From the sequence record MT596505.1: a DNA stretch of 64,000 nt; one strand, written 5' to 3'. Origin of the DNA: Staphylococcus phage vB_SepM_BE08. A model generated the notes under the pieces. It was not told the DNA's origin, made no database searches, and saw nothing but the letters and a program-made list of their open reading frames with translations. A program made the position numbers and the translations under genes. Positions within the stretch are counted from its first letter, which is position 1, and each line of letters begins with the position of its first letter. Shown here one piece after another: positions 48,736-58,646 of the stretch.

Positions 48736-49182
48736 TTAATTTATATTAACATATCTACGAACGAATTTCTTAATATTTACTTTTGTAGAATGTTTATACC
48801 ATTTCTTTAAATGAATGTCATAACCTTGAAGTATAAAGTACTTAATACCATTTCCTAAATGTATTTCTGTTTCAATAGCCTGGTCTTTAAACCTTGACTT
48901 TGCATAACCATTTTTAATACTAAATATTCTAGTCGTGTCTTGCCAACGTTTAGGAGTTTCTTCAAACATGTATTCTAAGATAGGATAATGGTTTTTATTA
49001 TCAAAACTTAAAGTGTTTTTATATAAATATGCTTTCCTATTCTCAATTTCTATTGGAATAGGGTTTTGAGAAAACCAAGCACACTTATCATTATTCTCTT
49101 TTTTAATAACAAGAACACCATAATCTAAACTAGCCATTCTAATCACCTTTTCCTTTATATTAAGTATATTTATAATATACAC
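48736..49182 (-). CDS. hypothetical protein
   Basis: 148-aa ORF with early promoter at about 49197. Confidence 0.5.
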   Translation of the reverse strand: MYIINILNIKEKVIRMASLDYGVLVIKKENNDKCAWFSQNPIPIEIENRKAYLYKNTLSFDNKNHYPILEYMFEETPKRWQDTTRIFSIKNGYAKSRFKDQAIETEIHLGNGIKYFILQGYDIHLKKWYKHSTKVNIKKFVRRYVNIN

Positions 49183-49368
49183 TATATTTATACAGTTGTC
49201 AATAGTTATTTTTAAGTGTTTTTAGAGCTTTATAGTGTTGTTTTATTATTTAGGTACATTTATACCTAAAATTTATTAGATATTCTGTATGCTTCTTATA
49301 TAAGCTTTGTGTAGGTATAAAAATAACCTTTACATATTAGTAAAGGTTATTTGTTATTTAAACATTAT

Positions 49369-49773
49369 TTATTTTACCAATTCTCCATCTTTCCAAATGA
49401 GTGTCATTGTGTCATCTTCATTAACTAAATATATACATTTAGTAACAATACGGTTAGAAGTGTACCCTAGAATATCATTAATACTTACAGATTTATGAAT
49501 ATCCGGAAATTTTGATTTTGTGTAATCTAAATTTGTATATATTTCTAAGACAGAATCTAGTTTTGTTTTTTCTGTAATTTCTTCTTCAACTTCAACTGTG
49601 AAAGTTTCATCTTTATTAATTGGGTCATCTATAAATACTGTTTGAAAACGATTAAACCTCACACAACTATTATCAAGGTTGCTATAAAATGTTTTTTCTT
49701 TAATATTGTTCTTCCAAACATATTCAATCAATTCTGGTAATGCCATTTCTATTTTTCTTTTAATTTTAACCAT
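49369..49773 (-). CDS. hypothetical protein, paralog of 50044..50460
   Basis: Shared pattern M(V/I)KIK(R/K)(K/E)I(E/T)M(A/S)L(P/D)ELI...EEEITE(K/G)TKL. Confidence 0.5.
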   Translation of the reverse strand: MVKIKRKIEMALPELIEYVWKNNIKEKTFYSNLDNSCVRFNRFQTVFIDDPINKDETFTVEVEEEITEKTKLDSVLEIYTNLDYTKSKFPDIHKSVSINDILGYTSNRIVTKCIYLVNEDDTMTLIWKDGELVK

Positions 49774-49784
49774 AATATCTCTCC

Positions 49785-50051
49785 TTAGTCTATAAAATCA
49801 TACGTTTGTTTAAAAATATATGGTTTAACCGCATAAAACTCACCTTGTACACCTTTCACAACATAGTCTCCTTCAGATACTCCTAGAGTTCCTTCTAATG
49901 TATCAATACCGAAAAGAATATCAAAATTAACCTCATCATAAAAAGGATGAGCTTTACCATTAGTCCAGTCACAAATTTCTTGTTTGTTTTCATCTCCATT
50001 ATACTGAATATATTCAACTTCTACTGGTTTCTTTTTTGCTTTTTTAATCAT
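49785..50051 (-). CDS. hypothetical protein
   Basis: 88-aa ORF between the two paralogs. Confidence 0.45.
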   Translation of the reverse strand: MIKKAKKKPVEVEYIQYNGDENKQEICDWTNGKAHPFYDEVNFDILFGIDTLEGTLGVSEGDYVVKGVQGEFYAVKPYIFKQTYDFID

Positions 50052-50460
50052 TGTTTATATCTCCTTTACTATCACATACATTCATGTAAATCAATGACAT
50101 TGACATATCTTCTTGTACTAAATACAAACATTTAGTCTTAAATTCATCTTGGTTATTTGTAATAATTTCATTAATACTTTTACTACGGTGTATAGTAGAA
50201 CAAACTTCTCCTGAATAAGTATTATAATATAATTCTAATATAACTTCTAACTTTGTTCCTTCAGTAATTTCTTCTTCAATCTCTACAGATATGTTACTAT
50301 CTATATTAAAGCAACCACTAACTGATATGTCTCCAAACATATCAAAACTAACTATATCTCCAAAATTATTTTTATAATCTTTTGAAGTTATATTATTTTC
50401 TTTTGCCCATTTAATTAGTTCATCTAAACTCATTGTAATTTCTTTTTTAATTTTTATCAC
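50044..50460 (-). CDS. hypothetical protein, paralog of 49369..49773
   Basis: See 49369..49773. Confidence 0.5.
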   Translation of the reverse strand: MIKIKKEITMSLDELIKWAKENNITSKDYKNNFGDIVSFDMFGDISVSGCFNIDSNISVEIEEEITEGTKLEVILELYYNTYSGEVCSTIHRSKSINEIITNNQDEFKTKCLYLVQEDMSMSLIYMNVCDSKGDINND

Positions 50461-50560
50461 GAGTTATACCTCCTATATTTTTTATTACCAACTTACTCTT
50501 TCTAATCGTTTTTGATAATATGGTAACTCATCATAGAATTCTCTAGCTTCTGTCTTCCTT

Positions 50561-50764
50561 TTAATCCTTCTTTTTAAACTTTAAAGTCACTACATCTCTA
50601 AAATGTTTATTTCTTGTATGCGTTTCTGAAAGTTTATAATTAGTTATCATTTCAATAACTTCATAGTCTACTAGGTTCAGACGAGATATATGAATATTAG
50701 TTTCATCTTTTCCGTCAAATAATCTTTTTAATATTTTTATTGTTGGTTGCTCAAAGTTTTTCAT
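50561..50764 (-). CDS. hypothetical protein
   Basis: 67-aa ORF with RBS AAAGGGG. Confidence 0.4.
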   Translation of the reverse strand: MKNFEQPTIKILKRLFDGKDETNIHISRLNLVDYEVIEMITNYKLSETHTRNKHFRDVVTLKFKKKD

Positions 50765-50796
50765 TTTTTAACCCCTTTTGATTAAGTATTGTCTCA

Positions 50797-51195
50797 TTAA
50801 TGTTTCACCACTGGATAATGAATATCTTTTATTTTTAACGAACATATGCTGTAATAAAAATCACCGTTACCTGCATCTGCATAACATTCACCCTGTGCTA
50901 TAGGGTTTTGGTTATGATATAAAACAACAGTAGCCAAACTTTCTGATTCAGCACTCCATGTATCAAACTTTTGTTGTTCTCTCTCATTCTCTATTTTAAC
51001 ATTTGTAATAACTGCATCTAGTTTTACATTAGTCCATTCTCCACCAGCACTTGCACAACAATCTTGTTCACTTTCCACTATTTCTACAAGAGTGCCATCA
51101 TCTAAAGTCAATGTTTTATCAGTCCATTCCTTGACTTTTTTATATAACAATTGTTTTTTTATTTCCTTAAATTCTTTATAATTAATTTTATACAT
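50797..51195 (-). CDS. hypothetical protein
   Basis: 132-aa ORF with RBS AGTATGGAGTGAA. Confidence 0.5.
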   Translation of the reverse strand: MYKINYKEFKEIKKQLLYKKVKEWTDKTLTLDDGTLVEIVESEQDCCASAGGEWTNVKLDAVITNVKIENEREQQKFDTWSAESESLATVVLYHNQNPIAQGECYADAGNGDFYYSICSLKIKDIHYPVVKH

Positions 51196-51223
51196 TTATA
51201 TTCACTCCATACTTAGTATTTAT

Positions 51224-51577
51224 TTAGTGTTCTTCTATTTTTTCACTCATTGATTGAATAATGTGTAATACCATAGTTGCTAAATCGTTTTTTACATCAT
51301 CACCAGTATAAACATTAGCTAGTGTGTCGCAAAGCGGACATGTACCATAAAAATCCGATGTCGTTATATCCGGAACACCATCTACTTTAGATTTAAAAGT
51401 ACAAAATATTTGTCCTTGATAATCTCCTAAATATCTAACAATAGGTGTAGTATTATGTGTATCTTTTAAAACCAGTTCTCCTGCTAATTGATGTAAATCT
51501 TCATAAAAATAATGATTATTAGTATCTATGTGCTTTTTAATTTCTTTTGTAGTGATTCCTTTAGCATTTTCAATCAT
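51224..51577 (-). CDS. hypothetical Cys-containing protein
   Basis: 117-aa ORF containing a CPLC motif. RBS GGAGGAATAATAA. Confidence 0.5.
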   Translation of the reverse strand: MIENAKGITTKEIKKHIDTNNHYFYEDLHQLAGELVLKDTHNTTPIVRYLGDYQGQIFCTFKSKVDGVPDITTSDFYGTCPLCDTLANVYTGDDVKNDLATMVLHIIQSMSEKIEEH

Positions 51578-51580
51578 TTA

Positions 51581-51799
51581 TTATTCCTCCATGTTTTTTA
51601 TAATATTAATTATATCTAAGTACATATTAATATATTTATCCATTAATTTTAATTGTTTTTGGTATAAATCTGTATCTATAGTTGAATCTATACTACAACA
51701 TTGAGCTATAAAATCTTCTTTATAATTAACAATATTGGAAAGTTCCTTAAGTAATACTTCTATCGGTTCTCTTACATACGTTAATTTACTTTCGACCAT
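51581..51799 (-). CDS. hypothetical protein
   Basis: 72-aa ORF. Confidence 0.4.
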   Translation of the reverse strand: MVESKLTYVREPIEVLLKELSNIVNYKEDFIAQCCSIDSTIDTDLYQKQLKLMDKYINMYLDIINIIKNMEE

Positions 51800-51819
51800 A
51801 ATTGTGTTACTAACACTCC

Positions 51820-52113
51820 TTATTCAACTTCAAATCCATTTTTAACTAGTTCTTTTCTGAAATACTTAACTGCTTCTACTGCTTCATTATAAGTATTTAT
51901 ATGTTCTTCCATTTCTTCTAATGCAAGAACACCAGGACTACTTGTTCCAATTTTGAAATATGTTTCTACACCCATATCACTTTTACCATAACCGTGAATA
52001 TCTGTATGAGGTTTTGTTCTATCAATAGGTGTTACTTTAAGAATTCTAATATACTCACTCCCTAATACTGTTAATTTATAGTTACCAAATTCCGTTTCAA
52101 ATTGTTTTTCCAT
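51820..52113 (-). CDS. hypothetical protein
   Basis: 97-aa ORF with RBS AAAAGGAGATTGA and a promoter at about 52168. Confidence 0.5.
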   Translation of the reverse strand: MEKQFETEFGNYKLTVLGSEYIRILKVTPIDRTKPHTDIHGYGKSDMGVETYFKIGTSSPGVLALEEMEEHINTYNEAVEAVKYFRKELVKNGFEVE

Positions 52114-52203
52114 AATATCAATCTCCTTTTTACTTGTTAAATCAATCTTAACATATAAAAATTATAATGTCAACAGCTAAATAAAAAAAAGGAGTAAGTT
52201 TCC

Positions 52204-52704
52204 CTACTTCTTTATTATACTAATATCTAAAAAATCATTATCTCTTATTTTATGGTTTTTAATATTAATATTTTTATTATTTTCAAGACTAATTTTATCT
52301 CCTGATTCTATGTTTTTACTGTGTCTAGAATTAATAACATACAATTCATTTTTTGCATCTTTAAAGTATATTTTTTGCTCTATTGCATCTCTATCATCTA
52401 CTTTTGGTTCAAAGTTTTCTACTTCTGTTACTTTAGTATAACCTTTTGTTTCATAAATTTTATCTTTTACAAGTAAATAATTCATTGTTAAACCAAAGAT
52501 AATAACACCAAATACTAATGGAGGTACAACTATAGAATGAAGTATAAAAGATGAAGATAATTTTATTTTTTCTACACTTAAAAAGAATATTGAAAAAACA
52601 ATAATAGCAAATATAGATATAGTAATACCTTCTACAATAAGGTCAGTATTAAAGTTTTCTTTTAAAAACTCAAAATAACCTATATCTACTTTATTTATAT
52701 CCAT
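52204..52704 (-). CDS. membrane protein with two TM helices
   Basis: 166-aa ORF with RBS AAGGAGGATTT. Confidence 0.5.
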   Translation of the reverse strand: MDINKVDIGYFEFLKENFNTDLIVEGITISIFAIIVFSIFFLSVEKIKLSSSFILHSIVVPPLVFGVIIFGLTMNYLLVKDKIYETKGYTKVTEVENFEPKVDDRDAIEQKIYFKDAKNELYVINSRHSKNIESGDKISLENNKNINIKNHKIRDNDFLDISIIKK

Positions 52705-52705
52705 A

Positions 52706-53188
52706 TTAAATCCTCCTTATACTTTTTAGTAACTCATTATACTCATAAACATATCCTTTAACTTTTGAATGTTCTAATAACGATACAATATAATTTGAAC
52801 TAGACTCACTTTCAAAGTCTTCTGTTGAAACATCTGTATGATTAATTCTAAAATCAGATAAATAGATGCGTTCTTTTCCCCCTACTAAATCAACATTAAC
52901 TACAGCTCTATTAATAATACTTGAAGCACTCTCTGAATCATTTATATTTAAAAGTACTTCATCTTCAAATTCAATAATTGCTTTATCATAAATTTCTTTA
53001 TTATCTATATCGTTAACACCACTATAAAATAAAATATTTACATGGTCTGTAACATCTGCAATCATACCTGATTCTTCATCATAATTTAAATCTCCAGCAA
53101 GTACAGTACCATTAGGAAGTAAGCAAACATCACAGTAATCAATGAATTCTTTGTTCATTGTATTCCAAACTATATATTTAAAAGTCAT
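52706..53188 (-). CDS. hypothetical protein
   Basis: 160-aa ORF with RBS AAAGGAGTT. Confidence 0.5.
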   Translation of the reverse strand: MTFKYIVWNTMNKEFIDYCDVCLLPNGTVLAGDLNYDEESGMIADVTDHVNILFYSGVNDIDNKEIYDKAIIEFEDEVLLNINDSESASSIINRAVVNVDLVGGKERIYLSDFRINHTDVSTEDFESESSSNYIVSLLEHSKVKGYVYEYNELLKSIRRI

Positions 53189-53212
53189 TTATATTTAACT
53201 CCTTTTTAATTA

Positions 53213-53413
53213 TTACTGATTAGGTAAACCAGCTTCTAGACATTCATTATATGCTCTTTCGTTATCAATTTCTGTTCTATAATAATCAATAATTTGTCCG
53301 ATTTCAAGATGTGTCATTTTGTTAATTTCACTAGCTTTATATATTTCATCATCTTTTAATCCGTATTCTTTTTGTAATCCTTGCACATATTTAATTTGTT
53401 TCTTTGTAGCCAT
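53213..53413 (-). CDS. hypothetical protein
   Basis: 66-aa ORF with RBS AAGAAGGATGA. Confidence 0.4.
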   Translation of the reverse strand: MATKKQIKYVQGLQKEYGLKDDEIYKASEINKMTHLEIGQIIDYYRTEIDNERAYNECLEAGLPNQ

Positions 53414-53602
53414 TATAGGTCATCCTTCTTTTTTAGTTTTGAATTCTTTATGCATTTTATCCCAAGATTCTGCTTTTCTATACACTTCTTCTATTTCTTT
53501 ATCTATATCATCACTATAAGAACCATATATTATATCTAAGACATCTTGTTTTTCTTTATAGTTAATATCATAAATGTTATATGACATTACTAAGTTCCTC
53601 CT

Positions 53603-53890
53603 TTATTTAAAGTATAAATTAGATAAAAGTGCTAATTCCTTAATCTCTTTTCTACTAGTTAAACTTAAGTGTTTCTTTTTATTGCCTTTTATAATATCTA
53701 TCTCGTATAACCAACCATCAAAGTATGGCTTGCTTAAATGCTTCATTAATTCTCTTTCTAAATAAATAGGGTGGTCTGCTTTAATGTATACACACTTAGA
53801 ACTAGGTAAATACATTGAATACCTAAGTTGTTGTTGCTCAATCTTTTTTTCTGGGATATCGTTAAACCAATCCATAATACGATGCCACAT
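53603..53890 (-). CDS. hypothetical protein
   Basis: 95-aa ORF, coupled to the upstream membrane protein gene. Confidence 0.45.
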   Translation of the reverse strand: MWHRIMDWFNDIPEKKIEQQQLRYSMYLPSSKCVYIKADHPIYLERELMKHLSKPYFDGWLYEIDIIKGNKKKHLSLTSRKEIKELALLSNLYFK

Positions 53891-54310
53891 TTAATCTTTC
53901 CCCTCCTTTATTGTTTTAATTATTATTACTATAACACCTATCACAATAATTGTCAATATAATATATAAAAATAATATTGGATGAATAAAACATAATGCTA
54001 ATATTGAAAATATACAACCACCTAATATACCACAGAACAATAACTTATACCATTTAACTTTTTCTTCTTGATTAAAATCATCAAGAAAAAGAATAACTAT
54101 ACTAAATACAGAAAAAAACCAAATAATAGCTGGTATGGTTAAAAAATATGACTGAATATTGAAATGATTTAATATTAAACTAGGAAGTATTGCAATAAAA
54201 GATATTACACCGAGTATAATAACAATTCCAGCCAAAACTAATAACACTAATATTACAGGTAATAGTAAATATTCCCACAAATTTTTAAATAATCTTTTAA
54301 TAAAATTCAT
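53891..54310 (-). CDS. polytopic membrane protein (about 4 TM helices)
   Basis: 139-aa ORF with RBS AAGGAGGAAAAT. Confidence 0.5.
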   Translation of the reverse strand: MNFIKRLFKNLWEYLLLPVILVLLVLAGIVIILGVISFIAILPSLILNHFNIQSYFLTIPAIIWFFSVFSIVILFLDDFNQEEKVKWYKLLFCGILGGCIFSILALCFIHPILFLYIILTIIVIGVIVIIIKTIKEGKD

Positions 54311-54328
54311 ATTTTCCTCCTTTTTAAA

Positions 54329-54547
54329 CTACTTTAAGTAGTCTGTAAATTCATTTATTATTGTATCCTTATTACTGATATACAACATGTTGTCGTACTT
54401 AACATCATATATTTCAATAAACTCAAATGAATCCAAATCATCTTTTTTATTTAATAAATCAGACAAATTATTAAACTTAAGTACTACATCATCCATCCCT
54501 CCTGCTGGGTAATATTCAGAATAACTAAATAGTAAAAATCTATACAT
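54329..54547 (-). CDS. hypothetical protein
   Basis: 72-aa ORF with RBS AGGAGGAAAT. Confidence 0.4.
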   Translation of the reverse strand: MYRFLLFSYSEYYPAGGMDDVVLKFNNLSDLLNKKDDLDSFEFIEIYDVKYDNMLYISNKDTIINEFTDYLK

Positions 54548-54592
54548 AATATTTCCTCCTATAAAAATGATTTTTTTAAAATTTATTTAATA

Positions 54593-54808
54593 TTATAAAA
54601 TTTTTAAAATATTATCTGATTCATCTACTACTAATATATTTTCGTGTTTTATAGGTACATAAACACCGTCTATTTTTACAACAGGTTCATATGTAAAATA
54701 ACTACCTAATGAACTCTCTCCTGTATCACAATCTACAGTTTTAATCATTGGATAAGCAAGACTTCTTTCGTATATCCATTTTTCTATATCTACTTTAATT
54801 TCTCTCAT
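54593..54808 (-). CDS. hypothetical protein
   Basis: 71-aa ORF with RBS AAGGAGAAAT. Confidence 0.4.
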   Translation of the reverse strand: MREIKVDIEKWIYERSLAYPMIKTVDCDTGESSLGSYFTYEPVVKIDGVYVPIKHENILVVDESDNILKIL

Positions 54809-54836
54809 TATAATTTCTCCTTATAAAATGTATATT

Positions 54837-55346
54837 TTAAATCCTTTCAATTGTATCAGTGTTTAAATTCAAATAATACTTTACCTTTTTATTTAATCCT
54901 CCTTTAGTAAAACCTTCAGATGTTCCTTGCCCTTGCATATAAAAATACTTAAACAGTTCATTATTGTATCGTAAGTATATATCCATACCGAAATATGTTT
55001 CAATATAAAATGGAGGATATTCCATCACATTATCATTGTAAAAGTTATTGATATACTTACAAATAGATTCTAACTTTTGATGCATAAACTCTTCACTTGA
55101 ATATAGATGTTTATACTTATCTTTATAGAGATACAGAATATCTTCTGTTGAGATACTTCCGAGTATCTCAATTGTCTCAGTAAACATTTTATTTAAATCA
55201 AAATCTTTGTTTTTGGCTTTCTTTAAAATTAAATTTCTTCTATTTTCTTTTTCTTTTAATCCATTATTAATGCTTTCTATTTGTTCATCAGTCATATTTG
55301 ATATATTTTTCAATATTTTATCAAATTTGTCATCTATATTACTCAT
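54837..55346 (-). CDS. hypothetical protein
   Basis: 169-aa ORF with RBS AAGGAGCGATAC. Confidence 0.5.
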   Translation of the reverse strand: MSNIDDKFDKILKNISNMTDEQIESINNGLKEKENRRNLILKKAKNKDFDLNKMFTETIEILGSISTEDILYLYKDKYKHLYSSEEFMHQKLESICKYINNFYNDNVMEYPPFYIETYFGMDIYLRYNNELFKYFYMQGQGTSEGFTKGGLNKKVKYYLNLNTDTIERI

Positions 55347-55378
55347 ATAGTATCGCTCCTTATAAAATGATTCTTTTA

Positions 55379-55573
55379 TTACCTCATATATTTATTCCTA
55401 TTTACTGTACTTGGTTTTGGTAGCTTATCAATGTCATATTGCTTTACATCTTCATGCATATATGTTTTTAATAATTTATCATTCTTTATAATGTATTTGC
55501 TATAATCTTTACTACTATTAAATTCTAAATGGCTTTTATCTTTTAAATTTTCTTTTTTCTTACCTTTTTCCAT
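55379..55573 (-). CDS. hypothetical basic protein
   Basis: 64-aa ORF with RBS AAAGGAGTTTT and a promoter at about 55628. Confidence 0.4.
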   Translation of the reverse strand: MEKGKKKENLKDKSHLEFNSSKDYSKYIIKNDKLLKTYMHEDVKQYDIDKLPKPSTVNRNKYMR

Positions 55574-55648
55574 ATTTAAAACTCCTTTACTTTATTGTAG
55601 TCTAAGTATATAACAAAAAACACCCAGTGTCAAGGGTGTTTTTATAAT

Positions 55649-56758
55649 TTATTCAATATATTCAATATTATCTTTAGTTTCTAATATACCTTTTGCTGTA
55701 TTATATACTAACTCAGGTTTATCTTCGACATCAAATGGAACAATGTTTTTACTTTTATCAAGTTCAAACTTTATTTTACTCATTAAGTCTTTAAAACCTA
55801 CAAAATAACCTTTTCTTTCATCTAGATTATTCTTTTGATACGTGTATGTTCTATCAAAAGGTTTAACAAAGAATCTATAAGTATTTCTGCCTTTAACATA
55901 GTTAAATGATATTGCGTGACTTTCATAATATCTAATACTTGTTTCTTGTAAGATATAACCATTAATAGGTATTTTTGTAATACTATCAAAAGCATCTTGG
56001 AAATCAGATAAATCATATAATAAGTCATTTGTATAAGATTTAATAGTTTCTAATACATTATTTTCAGTAACAAATACGTATTTTAAATCACGAGTAGTAA
56101 AACTAGGAATACATATAGCTTCTTTAACATCTCTAAAATTCCCTTTAGAAGATAATATTATTTCATTTATTTTTTGTTCTCTATCAGGAACTAATCCTAT
56201 AATTAAAGGTATATTATTATATTTCAATTCTACATTAATACTCTGACTTTCTATAATATATGGTTTAACTATTTCTTTAATTTTTTGAAAACTTTTGATT
56301 TTATTCTCTACAGAAGTTATATTATAGTTTATTTCTTTAAAAATAGAACTTAATGCTTTATGTGCTTTATAACCATCTAAAGTATAATCCAAATCATAAA
56401 TACTCATTAAAAAATAAGATAAAACTTTTTTGTTTAAGCTATTATAAATTTCTAGATTTAAACTAGGATTTTTATACGAACAATCTAGTTTTAGTAAAAA
56501 TTTAAAATTTTCATGTCCGTATTTACGTGTACGTTCAAGACTATACTTAGAGTAGTCACTAACTTCTACTAAATCAAAGTCCAAATCTTCTTTGATTTTA
56601 TTTACTAAACTTTTAGCAATATCATACTTGGAAAATAGGAACATATCATCTTTTTTCTTTATTGTTGGTTCTGGTTTAGACTCGAGAAATGCAAAAATTA
56701 CACTAAAAATAACTAAAAAAACTACGAAAACTATCATCATACCTAATACAATTTTCAT
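55649..56758 (-). CDS. membrane-anchored protein with an N-terminal TM helix (369 aa)
   Basis: RBS AAAGGAGTG. Hydrophobic N-terminus MKIVLGMMIVFVVFLVIFSVIFAF. Confidence 0.55.
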   Translation of the reverse strand: MKIVLGMMIVFVVFLVIFSVIFAFLESKPEPTIKKKDDMFLFSKYDIAKSLVNKIKEDLDFDLVEVSDYSKYSLERTRKYGHENFKFLLKLDCSYKNPSLNLEIYNSLNKKVLSYFLMSIYDLDYTLDGYKAHKALSSIFKEINYNITSVENKIKSFQKIKEIVKPYIIESQSINVELKYNNIPLIIGLVPDREQKINEIILSSKGNFRDVKEAICIPSFTTRDLKYVFVTENNVLETIKSYTNDLLYDLSDFQDAFDSITKIPINGYILQETSIRYYESHAISFNYVKGRNTYRFFVKPFDRTYTYQKNNLDERKGYFVGFKDLMSKIKFELDKSKNIVPFDVEDKPELVYNTAKGILETKDNIEYIE

Positions 56759-56811
56759 TATTTATACACTCCTTTGTAATTATTTTCATTAGTATCTTCT
56801 CCTTTTATTTT

Positions 56812-57321
56812 TTATGAAAATACATCTTTCATTTTGTTATAAGCATCTAATAGTTTATTATATTCTTGTTTAGAAATAGTTACTTTTTCTTGTATACTTG
56901 ATTTTTTAAAATGTTCTTCATAATCTCGTTTACAAGGTCTAACAATATAATCAATTTGTTTCTTTGGAAAGAGGTGTTTTTCTACGGGTTTATTTCCTTT
57001 ACCATCTCTATTTTGAGTAATAACAGCTACGTTATCAAAATTATGGTTGTAAACAATGATACCATTGAATCCAAATATAGATATTTTTTCTGATACAAAT
57101 ATATCCCCTTCTCTATAATCGTCAGTTTTTAATAATTCTTTGGACTTAATGATTTTCCAAGAATTAGGTAATTTCTCGTATTTCATTCTACTAGCATTTA
57201 ACTTAGTTGTATATTTATTTAAAGTTAATCGTTTTACATAATTAGATACTAGATTTGTGGATTGGTACCCATTAATATTGTTACTTTTTATAAATTTTCC
57301 TACGTAATCATTTAAATACAT
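56812..57321 (-). CDS. hypothetical protein
   Basis: 169-aa ORF with RBS AAAGGAGAAAAT. Confidence 0.5.
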   Translation of the reverse strand: MYLNDYVGKFIKSNNINGYQSTNLVSNYVKRLTLNKYTTKLNASRMKYEKLPNSWKIIKSKELLKTDDYREGDIFVSEKISIFGFNGIIVYNHNFDNVAVITQNRDGKGNKPVEKHLFPKKQIDYIVRPCKRDYEEHFKKSSIQEKVTISKQEYNKLLDAYNKMKDVFS

Positions 57322-57761
57322 GTTTTATTTTCTCCTTTATAAATTTTCTAAATGGTATTTGTAAGAACGTTTTACTTTGTTTAGCTCTTCTAATGCTTTA
57401 TTTAAACATACAGTATTGATAAGACCATTAGTGTCTAATTTTAAGTACTCTACATCAGTAATAATTCTTTCTAAAGAATTCACATACTCCTTTAATTGCT
57501 CTTCACTTTCCATTATATAACTCCTTTCTATATACCTAATGCTATTAAGATAAGGCTTACTAAGATAAGCACTACCATAATTAACATTATTAATAGAGGT
57601 ATGGCTTCTTCTTTATTTCCATCTTTAAATAGTTTAATTACTTCTACTAAAACACTAAAACAAATAGCTAAGTAAAATAAAGCTAATACACTTGCTAAAA
57701 TAATAAAACCTATAACTTTTACTCCTCCTTATTTATTATATATAAACTATAACATAAAAAA

Positions 57762-57800
57762 AGACCCCTGTCAATAGGGGTCAGTAAAAAATTTTAATAC
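57762..57800. terminator. bidirectional terminator hairpin (GACCCCTGTCAATAGGGGTC); it also embeds a TGTCAA early-promoter core
   Basis: Perfect 8-bp stem flanked by A and T runs. Confidence 0.5.
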
Positions 57801-57833
57801 TATTTTAGATTAACAATCGGTTCTTTATCTATA

Positions 57834-58646
57834 TTATTTATGTCTCATATCTAATATAGCATTTCCTGAATCTGGTAATGTGATAGGTGTATCACCTTTC
57901 CATTTTTCGATAAGTTGTTTTTGTAGTAACTCATCTGTTAATGATTCTTCTACAATTTCATTTGCTTTCTTAGTACCTTTTGCTTCAATTTCTTTACGTT
58001 CAGCTTCTTCTTTAGCAATTTGTTTGTCAACTTTCTTTCTCTCTAATTCTTGATTTGCTTTAACACGACTGTCAATTGCTTTTTGAGTATTTTTATCTGC
58101 TTTTGGAGAACTTAAAGCAATATCTTCAACAATAAAACCTTGACCTTTAAGATTTTCTTCAAGTTTATCTAAAGTAGATTTTTTAATTTCACTTGTTTTA
58201 ACACCGAAAGCATCAATTACTGAGTATTTAGAAACAGATTGACGTACGTTATCTTGTACTCTTGAACGTAAATAACCTTTTTCTAGCTGTTCAATATCTG
58301 CACTACCAAAACGATTAAATAATTCAACTGCTTTTGAGCTATCAACTTTATAGTTTACATCAATATCTAAATTAAGGTTTTTACCATCTGACGTTGATAC
58401 ATTCATATCTTTGTAGCTGATAGTTTGTGTTCTTGTAGGATATTCATTTACTCTGTTCATAGGTGCTACTAAGTGCCAGCCAGGACTTAGAGTATTATCC
58501 TTAACACCTTTAGGTGAGTATACAACACCTACTGTTCCTTGCGGTACTCTTTCAATACTTAGAAACGCAATTATAATTGCTACAATAATAATAATACCGC
58601 CTATAGTTAATCCTAAACCTGCTTTTACTTTACTTTCCATAATCAT
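57834..58646 (-). CDS. SPFH / band-7 (stomatin/prohibitin/HflKC-like) membrane protein
   Basis: N-terminal TM helix, then RVPQGTVGVVYSPKGV...LSPGWHLVAP, and a C-terminal coiled coil that is K- and E-rich. RBS AAGGAGA. Confidence 0.7.
   Translation of the reverse strand: MIMESKVKAGLGLTIGGIIIIVAIIIAFLSIERVPQGTVGVVYSPKGVKDNTLSPGWHLVAPMNRVNEYPTRTQTISYKDMNVSTSDGKNLNLDIDVNYKVDSSKAVELFNRFGSADIEQLEKGYLRSRVQDNVRQSVSKYSVIDAFGVKTSEIKKSTLDKLEENLKGQGFIVEDIALSSPKADKNTQKAIDSRVKANQELERKKVDKQIAKEEAERKEIEAKGTKKANEIVEESLTDELLQKQLIEKWKGDTPITLPDSGNAILDMRHK

Noticed and set aside
49307-50135. Plus-strand ORFs 49307-49498 and 49947-50135
   Set aside because: Antisense shadows inside minus-strand genes.
53319-57093. 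ORFs 53319-53519 (plus), 53574-53765 (plus), 55822-56028 (minus, internal), 56592-56792 (plus) and 56911-57093 (plus)
   Set aside because: They are antisense or nested inside longer, better-supported ORFs and are low-complexity.
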